A stretch of 46,919 nucleotides of DNA from Vermamoeba vermiformis (Eukaryota). The translations under genes were made by a program, and so were the position numbers. The notes beneath the pieces are model-generated. The model worked only from the letters and a program-made list of their open reading frames with translations. It did not search any database and was not told where the DNA came from. Shown here piece after piece: positions 9,790 to 20,145 of this stretch (the stretch's first letter is position 1; every line of letters starts with the position of its first letter). The stretch is taken from contig JBEWZL010000110.1 of NCBI GenBank assembly GCA_045837725.1, forward strand, positions 1-46,919. The letters run 5' to 3'.

Positions 9790-12340
9790 TAGCGCGGATC
9801 CCTTGGGGGCACGAGTGGACGCCCAAGAGCCGAGATCGCGACCAAGGACTGGGTATCAAGTAAATTTTGTTTATTATGAAAGACAGTGCCAGGTACGTAC
9901 GAGGAAAAATACTAGAAAAATTCAATAACGCATTGTATCATAGAAAACGTCGCGTAGATCCGTCAGATCAGAATGACGGATCTTAGAAGAATTATAGAAA
10001 ATCAACCAGCTGGAGGTAATATTAGGTACGTGTTAATTATGGTTTTTAAGGAAAATTATTATTCGATTACGTTCGAGGTCAGATTCGAACGCTGAGCAAT
10101 TATTAAATCCGCGAGATTAACGAGATTCTCGTTACTCGCGTTCTATTGGTAATTAACAGTACTAATTTAATTTAGCACCACAGGTTTGATTTTAACAAGA
10201 ACGTCAACGGAACGAGCAGGTAAGTTTAGTTTTAACGAGGAGATCGACCAAAACGATCAATTAAGTCTTTATTTATCGATTATTAGATAGGACAGTTACG
10301 CGCCACGACACCAAAGTCGTTACAGCGCGGGTTATTTCGAGTTGTCAAAATCGCACGCGTCATCCGAAAGCGGTTTTTAAAAAGAGAACTTAGACAGATC
10401 GACCACACGGGTCGAGTTATTTATTTGAAGCGATTTAATTGATCATTTACAGCATATAGTAACGCGCCACGGCATCAAAGCCGCTCCAGCGCGAGTTATT
10501 TCGAATTCACTGCTGAAATGATAACGCGCGTTATTTCCCTCATCAACTCAACAGATCGACCACAAGGGTCGTTATAATTATTTATTATAGAGTATTAACA
10601 AATGATAGTTACGCGCCACGGTCGCAACGGCCGTTCAGCGCGAGTTATTTGGATGAGAAACCGATGCGAACTTAGATTCGCATCAGATCGACCACAAGGG
10701 TCGATTTATCGCTATTATGGGAGATAATATTGATTGTCAACACGCGCCAAACGACTTTCAGCGTCGTTCCAGTGCGGGTTTAAGATCGCGAACAAAACGC
10801 GATCAAATCTCGGCACAGAGACCGAGATAAATCAAGGTAAGATTTTTCTATATACTTCCATTTATAATATTAATCTATCGTAAATTCAATATTTAAATTT
10901 TCAAGTAAAAATTAATTTTTAAGATCCGGATCGAGCTTAGTGCTCGTACTTTATCCATATTTTTAATTAATAACGATTAGACGATACTAAATACAATATT
11001 ATAACACTTCAATTTTTATTTAGATTGTATTAATATAAATACAGATCGAGAGGGTTCAACGCGACCCTTTGACGAAGTTAACCGGATCAGATCCAACATC
11101 TCGAACCGTCAAAGTTTCAATATAGAGCATCGTTGCTCTAAAAGTAAGTAAAACCCGTTATTTACTTCTGTTATAACTCAGTTATGTCATTTTTAGAGCT
11201 ATTATTACAGTTATTAGTGCGATCAATCGTTGACACGATCTTGTCCGCTGCAGCGGTGCGAGCTGTAAGTTAATGCCGTATTAGTGACTTATATAACTTA
11301 TTTTTTATTATTATAGGTGACAATCAATTAAGAGCCGGATTGACCGGCAAATCAAGATCAGCGCCGTCATTATTTAAGATTTCACGAGATCTCGGGACCA
11401 CAACTGGTCAAATATTGATGAATTATTCATTTATTTTCAACGTTATGTCCCCATGATATTCACCGGGGTTGCAGCGCGTGACCAGATCGTTGGATCGTGA
11501 CATCTCAGCGTTACGGTCATCAAATTGAAAGGTAAGTTATTTTGATATTATAAATTGGTACTATAATAATAAGAAATTGTAAATTTTAAATTTTGTATCC
11601 GTGTTAACGTTAAAAACAATTTCTTTATTTAGATCGAGCTTCGCGCTCGAATAAAATTTAACTAGCCATTCATTTAATAATTTAAATATTATGCTAATCG
11701 TATTTTGATAGCTTATTTCCGAACCCTTGAGCCCGAGTAACACGATCGAGAAGTACGTTAAATTTTACTTGGCGGAGTAGTAAGTAAATTACCTTAGATA
11801 TCATATTTAATAATTATAATAATCTCTTTTTATTGGTTAGCTGGCCTGACGCGTTAATCTAAGACTTAGAGCGATCTTGGATCGCGAATAAAAGTACAGA
11901 TGCGTAATTCTAAAGGTAAGTATATTTAATTCTATGTAATACTTAGAACGTACTAACGGGTATTAATACAGAACAATTAGCGAGCAGGAATGGACAAGAG
12001 GCGCGATCTGACTGCGCTAATTTATTGGTACGAACAAAGTGCGGTTTATAGTAAGTCAATTTTGTATAGCCGTATTAACTCGTTGACATCGGTAGAGTTA
12101 TTGCGTAATTGAGTTTATCGCAGATCCCCGCGGGCCCGTTGATCCCCAATTTCGGCAATTAATGCGCGCATCGATCGCGCTAAAAGTACGAAGTCAAGTC
12201 GTTATAAAATTATATTTATTACGTTCTGACATTGTTTATTTATTAGTACAAGGGTCTGGAGAAAAAATTAGCAAATTCGGTGACGGGATCTAGCGCGTTA
12301 TTAACCGCTGCTTCAACGAAGATAATAAGCCTAGGTACGA
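9790..12340 (+). ncRNA. Candidate spliced, highly structured long non-coding RNA (or very long spliced 3' UTR of the CXC gene)
   Basis: No credible ORF. Plus-strand GTAAGT donors at 10220, 11144, 11265, 11532, 11780, 11916 and 12051; five of these (11144, 11265, 11780, 11916, 12051) open AT-rich 45-61 nt segments ending in YAG. The intervening GC-rich segments contain many stem-loops. Putative exon 11841-11915 has stops in all three frames. Confidence 0.5.
10241..10780 (+). repeat. Four-unit array (~130-165 nt period) of conserved hairpin A, variable AT-rich spacer and conserved bulged hairpin B
   Basis: Hairpin A begins AGATCGACCA at 10241, 10396, 10553 and 10685. Hairpin B is CGCGCCA...CAG(C/T)GCG(G/A)GTT with CGCGC at 10299, 10463, 10612 and 10743. 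Confidence 0.9.
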
Positions 12341-12895
12341 ATTTTTTTCAATCCGTGAAGGAGGTGAGGATGAAAATCAAAACCGTGCACAACTAAAAGA
12401 TATTCGTAAGTGTCTAACTCGTCATACATACACAACTGCTGGAAAAATTGACCTGATACCGGATACCGGAAAAAACACTTCTTGGAGTAGCAATAAATAA
12501 ACTAGCGTATACGCTGCAAACAACAATAGTAACGTGGTTGTTTTTTTTGTTACACATTAAACAGATGTCAATTGTCATTCAAAACGTGCTTATTAGGTGT
12601 AATCGCGACGTGGTCGAGATTCTACGCGAGATATTTTATCGTTATATATATAAACCACGACTTATTACAGGTTTTTTTTCAGACTCAAAAACGATGTTGC
12701 ACACTTGAAGGGAATGAAGTATCTTGTCATGTCACCCATTAACTAAGTTTTATTCAATTATCCGTCCTGAAATATTTGTACGTTAGTTAAGAATAAACAA
12801 ACACGTAGGTTCTTTCAAGTACATGATCGTCAATTACTTACAAGACTGGTCACGTTTCATAGATCGAATTTCAGAATCAGCCGAAGGGTAGCCAA

Positions 12896-15792
12896 ATGAA
12901 TTCACTTTATTTGGTCGCAATATTCCTGTCGTTAGTTGCAGTAACAAATTGCCAATTACGTAAGACTGACAATTCGACCGCAACATATTTTTTTCTTTTT
13001 TTTTTTTTGTAAAACAATTCTAACTAGTTAATCCTATTGTATATTTCTAGAATTAGTCGCATCATATCAAGTATCTGGGAGTGCAATAGTAGCACGCAAG
13101 CTACGAATCGAAAGCTATGGACCTGCTCAAAATTTGTCTAACTGTGCTGCCGGGATTGATTCCTATGGCAAGATTCTGTCAGGCTTATTCATTTTTAGTG
13201 AAGGAATAATCAATCCTTCAAATTTACCCAATGCTCCATCGACTGAACCGGTATTTTCTGATGTGGATGTTGTTGACGGTACTACCGAATGTAATATTGT
13301 TAGCCTGAATGTAAGCAATGATAATACTTAATTATTTAGCAACTAAATGCTCGTAGAGTACCTGGTATGAAATCTCAGGACCAATCTTGAAATCGATACC
13401 GGTTTCAAATGCTGCCTATATTAGCGTATCTAGTTTGGCTGCAGGCCCTTTAGCTCTCGTGATTAATCAGACCGGATATATAGCACCTCTGGAGAAACAG
13501 TTTAGTTTCGAGGTTGAAAGCAGACGACTGACAGGTAGGGAACTTAAATTTAGTACCATAAGATACTTATGTGAATTAAATTAATACCTTGACATTGTTT
13601 GATGTATTTACTCTTACTACTCAGTAAAATATAACTAATATTATGATTTAACAGCGGACACTCTTATATTCGCGGCTGCTACGCCGAATGCTACCATTTC
13701 CATTGGAAATCTTACTAGTTCAGGGCAATATAATACTATCTTCGAGACTTCAGGATCAAAAGCTTCATCGATCTCAATAGCAGTACACTCCCCCGATAAA
13801 TGGGTGGTCTGTTATATAGAGTAAGTAGATTACCTTTGAATGCTTTTCGATCACTCATATTTTATTTCAGAATTCCGTGCTGAATTGCGTGTTCAGTAAT
13901 GATACAACGCAGTTTGTAAGCCTTGGAACTCAACCTACCATATACTCCGTCGCAATATCATACATTGACTGCAATCACCTATCGGTGTTGACTAGCGAAG
14001 ACTCGCGCTATACAGTAGCAATTTATGATGTAGTAACTAGAAGTCTAGTAGATACTTATCATGGCTCTGCAATGTCGATTAATGGCTTGCACCAATCTGC
14101 AACAGTCGATATGATATCAGTTATGGTGTCGAATTCGACGGGTGTTTATCTGGACATTTTAAACTGGAATCGCAATTCATCTGCTTGTACGGCAGTTGAA
14201 CCACTTAGTCCTCCTGTTGTTACCCCAACCTACTCTCCAGTTACCTCTCCAGAGTCTATTCAACCAACCACTTCACCAACCACAAACAATACTAACCTTG
14301 GCGATGCACCATCAATTTCTCCTGTAAATGCAGTTGCAGTTGGAGTAGGTGTCTCGATTCCTGTGGCAGTTGCTGGGGTGGCTATCTTCTTGCTCGTGTT
14401 CTTCTTGCGCAAACGAACAAAGAACAACAAGAAGGAAACGAATGCTGCACAGACCCAAATGAACCCTGTCACTGATCTTGACGACCCCTCAACTTCTCAA
14501 GCAAACACAAACGTCGTGAACACGACCAATTCATCGGAAATGCATCACAACAACCTTCCTGTCTCAAATGCCAATAAGGTGTACACGTCGATGGGGTTGT
14601 CGACTGTCGATAGTAACGACGACAGCTTCATAGTGGCATCAGCGGTGGATCACCTTCCAGACATTGACAAGCGACTTCACATCCCATACAAGAGTCTCAT
14701 GTTCGTAAAAGAGATTGGTGCCGGTAGTTTTGGCAAAGTGTATTCAGGGTGAGTTTGACGATTAATTTGGTCCGGAATATGCTTACTAACTCTCATAGTG
14801 AATGGCGTGGAGCAAAGGTGGCAATCAAAGTGAATAATCAGATTACTGATGTCGATGGATTCTTGGCCGAAGCAAAACTAACTCTGTACAAAAGCAACGA
14901 TTAGACATATGGCCATTGATTCTAACGATCTTTTACTCTAGCGGCATTGCACCACATCCAAACCTTGTTCAAACTTTCGGAGTGAGTCTTGATGGACCCA
15001 ATCCATGCATTGTTCTGGAGTATTGTGGCGGTGGTAGCTTAGATCAACTCTTATTTGATATTGACCAGCCAGTGCCAGTTGAGAAACAACGCGAGTTTGC
15101 GATTAAGATCGCATACGGTCTTCTCCATCTTCACAATAACAACATTGTGCATCGTGATCTTGCTGCAAGAAACATTCTAGTGAGTTTTGACACTTACGAT
15201 ACCTATTTGCTAACAAGTGACTTTAGTTGACGAATGATCGACAACCGAAGATTAGTGACTTTGGAATGTCTAGATTGTTGCAAGAAGAGAACTCGAAAGG
15301 TCAAACTAAAACAAACTTTGGACCAATCAGATGGATGGTACGATGATACATTAATTTTTATTGCACACTGTTAACAAGCACATGCTTTTCGATAGGCACC
15401 AGAGAGTCTAAAAGATCGATCATACAGTATTAAATCGGACGTTTGGACATTCGGTATTACTGGTAATCCGTTCGCTAAAATCATTTCAAATGTAACTTAC
15501 TAACACACTTCAAAAAAGTGAACGAGATCATTTCACGACAAGAGCCACATACAAACGAAGATCAACTCACAATTGCTGCTCGCATTCGAGATTATGCGGT
15601 CACTCCAGATATTCCTGAAAACGCGGATCCAGTGCTTGTTGAAGTAATCAATCTATGTCTGAAGGCCAATCCGAATGAACGACCGGTAAGTCTAGAGTGA
15701 ATATTATTACTGTTAAATTAATTTCTCTGTCGTAGACAATGGAAGATGTTTGCATTCTGCTGCGATCAAAGATAGACACTAATGAGAATTGA
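12896..15792 (+). CDS. Single-pass receptor protein kinase, tyrosine-kinase-type (TK/TKL) catalytic domain
   Basis: Signal peptide MNSLYLVAIFLSLVAVTNC, then an ectodomain, a P/T/S stalk and TM AVAVGVGVSIPVAVAGVAIFLLVFFL-RKR. Kinase motifs across short introns: GAGSFG, VAIK, HRDLAARN, DFG, PIRWMAPE, SDVWTFG. Confidence 0.9.
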
Positions 15793-16613
15793 TTGTAATT
15801 TTTACTAAGCAAACCTTCCACCCACTAAATGCAATTTTTACATTGTACAAATATTCAGGTGAAGCGAGCGACAACGATGGTTCATTGTTTTCATATCGCC
15901 ACGCTCGCACCGCTCACCGCAAGTCCGGAAAGGCAAGGCTTATATTGAACCGACTACCATTTTTGCCACTCCTCGGCATTGTCCGTAGACACGAGGCAAT
16001 ACAATTTTAAAATTATTGGGATTTGGCCAAATACACCACAGGACACGAAATTTCAAACCACGTGACAGTACACTACCGTCATCTTTATTTGCAACTCACT
16101 TTACAGTGTTCCTCGCGACGTGTTCGAGCAGCTGTTCGACTTCAGGTCTGGAGAACACTGTAGCGGTTGTTGCAGTACTGGACACGTGCACCCGTGCACT
16201 ATGTGCTACATCCCGCACACGACAGCAGCTGCCGCCAGACATGTGGGAATCTGTTCGGAGAGGCAGCCTCCACAGAGCTGGAAGCTCCTGCGGCGGGGCC
16301 GCGCTAGTGACGCGCTCATCGCCTTTCTGAACGAGGCACGTCGCAAGAGATGCTCAGATTCCCGAGGGGCGTTGGCGCAGCAGTCACCAGGGCTCGGAGG
16401 CCCAGGGGCGGGGGCGAGGGGGCGGCGCAGTCGCTGGCGATATCGATCGATCACGTGTTGCGTGCTGGCACTCGGCGGATCGGCATAAGCGCGTCAGGTA
16501 ATAGGCAATCTCGTTATTCTCCTCATTAGCTATGATATGAACTAGGAACCGATAATCAGCCATAACATAGTTCATTGAAATTTAGCACGTCCATGAGTTA
16601 ATTCAGTTTGCAT

Positions 16614-19600
16614 TTAATTTGTTACGTAAGATGGAGTAAAAACATAAACAAATACATTGCCCTTCTTCCTAGCAAGTCTGGTAGTTCTTTCTGAAGCACG
16701 CCGCTGAAACACAATTAACTCCCGAAGATCATCCACCATGGTTCTGTTTAATTCAAAATAGCTATGCCGCCTGTAATGATTTGTAAGCAAAGCAACAATA
16801 GTAAATTACTTACAAGGCATGCATGTTATCCACAATATTTGTCGTATCTATAATATCTGTCCAAGGTCTTAGACTAACAGATCAACGAGATAAAACAACA
16901 TACCCATGTCAAGCAACTTGTTGTTGTTATCTTTTAATGGCCTAATGCTGCGTCCAAGAGACTTAAACTTATTGATACACTGAGAGATGAAGAGAGCCTT
17001 GTCTTCCTGCAAAAACGATCATTATTTGCCAGACTGCAGTGTGAACGTACCTTATCACCGTAAAGGGACACGATTGGACAAAGATTTCTAATTTTGTGGT
17101 ACTCTTCATCAACAAACAAATCCAGGCCGTAATCGGGATTCAGCATGGTAAATGTCTAACAAATTGTCAATATTCATCAACACTATAATTACCAATACCT
17201 TCAAATACAACTGATTCGGCGCACGTCGCTCATCCAGTTTGCAAAATCGCTTCCTTCAATGCAATTAGAACTAAAGTAACATGACACAACGTACTCTAAG
17301 TGAGCCAAACAGTTGAAAAAAACTTGAATACCCATGCTGTGCACCATGATGTGAATTTTACGAACGCCGGCGTCGCTTGTTCAATGTTAGTTCGCTCGTG
17401 TATACTACAAGCCATTGTAACTTACATAAAACTATCGAGAGCCTTCAACAAATCTTGACGTGTCATATCTGACTTGGCGCCCTCTTTCAGCGCCGAAAAG
17501 TAACTCAAAGCGCCGCCGTTGGGCCACGAGAACACAATTGGCTTAATGTGAGGCGGAAAGTTGCCGATAGCGAGCTAGACAAAATGTTTAGGCCGGCGCT
17601 TGAAGTCAATCTCGATAACGTACCATTTGCGCAATTCGTTTAAGGGCTGTTTCGAGCGGTGAGTTGTAGCCGCCAATGAAGAACAATATTTCCTGTGCAC
17701 GCAATTACTTCAACTAATTCTACGACTTTAATCGACTTACCACTTCGCTCGCTGAAGCAGAGGCATTCCAGCCGTCCACAAGCAACCTTGGTCCCAACAC
17801 CGGGGCAGGTAGTGTGTCATCGCCAATGAAGCTGCGGGTTGATTTTCGTTTCTTTTTTGACTTTCGTTTCTTTTTTGTACTTTTTGTGGACTCGCTGACC
17901 TCACCGCTGAGTGTCATTTTTTGCATCGACTCGCCAATCATACTTGTACTTGCGACAATCGCAGTGGGGCTGTCACTTGTGTTGTCTCTCTTGGATAGTC
18001 GGATTTGTGCTTTAAACGGCTGTTAGTCATTGAGTACAAACTACTCGACCGTACGTACCATCCTCTTCTGCTTCGAACTTGTGCTTCTTAGACACACTTA
18101 ACGGCGATACTTTGGCATCGATGTGCTCCCTGGTATCGGTGCTCGAAGTGTCCTCGTCAATGTTAATTACAGTATCTTGAGCGTTCGGTACGTAATTGAT
18201 CGTCACGCTGAATGCGTCTTCCTGTTGAAGTATAAGCACAAATCAATAAACTTAATAACTAGCTTACCGCTGAGGACGGCACCAGACCCGGAATTTCGAT
18301 ACCTTGTCCCGTTGCATTCACCACCAACTCCGTCTGTTAAATAACTAATCAATTACTGTGCACTTGAGTAATAAGGTGCTTACCACTTCATTAGCATTCG
18401 TAAGCGTGAAAATATCGCCCAATATCTTCGCGGTACACGAGCATTTAATAGGCTCCTCCAGTTCAGTTGTGTCTTCCTCAGCCGTTTTACACTCGCAAAC
18501 GTCGGGGCCGCTGAGCAAATAGGCGTTTGGGAAATGCTTGAGTATTGTCAGAAGTCATAGGCATATATTCAAAGACCAGTACATACTTGGGAAAACTTTC
18601 CAGAGATGGAACATTCGACAACAGCCACGCCAAATTTCAACGGGCTTCTCGATCTAAAAGAATGGAGTTAGCTCATTAGTCAGACCGCCACGACCCGTAC
18701 TTTTTGACTTTAACGACAACTTTGTTCCATTTGCGTGTGTCGGTGATGTATCCAATACGCACGGCACTAAACATGCTTCCTGTGCCACTTTCACGACTAA
18801 TGTACGGACCCTCGAGCCTGCCGTGGTTCCAGTGACCTGCGTTCATAAGGACAAGTCACTCGTAGACTACTGTGACTTACCTTTGATATTTTCGCCGTGT
18901 CTGCTGCTGTCGTTCCACTCTCCAAGTCCGTGAGGTTTGCTGTTCTCGTCTAATTGGCCAATGTAACGCACGCGACCTTTGAAAATGCGCGGACAAATTC
19001 TCGATTTGTATCTAGAGTGACGGTTATATTTAATGTTAATAAGGTCATTTTGATGTACCTAAACGTGTTGTGACTGAGGCGATCGAATTTCCAACTGTTC
19101 CAATAACAGCCTTTGTAGCACTTGTCAAACGCGTAGTGGTGAAGAACGTAGCCAAGCACGGTGAGTACTTCTAAGGCAGCGATTGCTAATATCACCCAGT
19201 CATGCGCATCGTCGGGTACCATAATATAGGTGAGCACGCCTAGTCATTCGTGAGCTGTTGATTAATCGAATTATAACAATTCCATACCTAAAAAGATCCA
19301 CGCCCAAACAAATCGTACAAATGTAGTGGCTTCGACAATTAAGAATATCAGCATGATCATAATCACTCCGATGAGTGCGATAGCAAGTGGTGACACTGGG
19401 AAGAAAATCCAATTAGCAAAAATTTCAGAATTTCAATTTCGAATCATGGCTACTGTACGTACAAGAACCTCGTCGACCGATAATGACAGCCATAGCAATA
19501 AATGCGCCGACAAATACTGACACCCACACGATAGAGAACTTGCGCTTCGGCTCGTAATTCTGTTTCGTGGATCGCAGAACTTTGCGGTATTGCATCCAAG

Positions 19601-19839
19601 GAAATGTTCTAACAAATAATTGTCAAAAATAAGAAATAATTTAGCGGATAATCCTACTCATCTAAGTCTACGGCTGCTTGACCAGCGATGGCCGTAATCT
19701 GATCCGGGTCGATTATAATCTTCTCTTCTTTCTCTGTTTCCTCGCCATTATTTGTGGAAATATTATTGCTGATTTTTTCTCTGCTTTCTTTCGTGTCTGA
19801 TCCATCTGAAGCGCTTGTTTCGTGATCACTACGCTCCAT
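16614..19839 (-). CDS. Membrane protein with N-terminal TM helices, MORN-like repeat and C-terminal alpha/beta hydrolase (DUF900-like)
   Basis: Spliced exons give hydrophobic helices (19000-19550) and KPHGLGEWNDSSRHGE (MORN-like). The hydrolase part has FFIGGYN, VFSWP, IHIMVHSMG (nucleophile elbow) and HSYF, ending PSYVTN*. Confidence 0.75.
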
Positions 19840-20145
19840 CTTCAACCCAAAATTTTACAAAGTGGAAATCAGCCTTCCCTGCGGTTATATTCTGATAACG
19901 TAATCCATAATTAATTGAAACGCTGAAATTGTTCTTCATTACTGAAACTGGTAAATTTATTGAGGATTTCACCAATTTCCGCTTTTCCGCAACCTGCTGG
20001 TTCGTCCGCAAAATTGTTGAAGAGAATACACCGCGCAAGATAGACACGTTACGCAACTAATATCAAACGAAACAATGAAGGGAACTAATGAATAAAAGCT
20101 CAAATTAACAAATCAACAATTTATTTACAAGAGTCGCATTCACAC

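Larger units (their letters stand above)
1..12357. mobile_element. Putative TET/JBP-carrying DNA transposon (Plavaka/CACTA-like); left end outside window, right end tentative
   Basis: Cluster of transposase, TET/JBP, CXC ORF and an unknown ORF, followed by a hairpin-rich non-coding region. Ordinary host genes start at ~12.9 kb. Candidate right terminus is ...TTTTTTTCAATCCGTG (reverse complement CACGGATTGAAAAAAA), resembling CAC...GTG ends of CMC-superfamily elements. No partner TIR is visible. Confidence 0.65.

Noticed and set aside
10241-10780. CRISPR array interpretation of the repeat/spacer pattern
   Set aside because: Eukaryotic context, no cas genes, ~150-nt units with two alternating degenerate motifs rather than identical 23-50 nt repeats.
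11561-11743. 60-aa minus-strand ORF in the structured region
   Set aside because: Very AT-rich, non-ATG start, opposite to the strand carrying the splice signals.
15994-16004. 11-bp match AGGCAATACAA also seen at 46355
   Set aside because: Too short to distinguish from chance in 47 kb.
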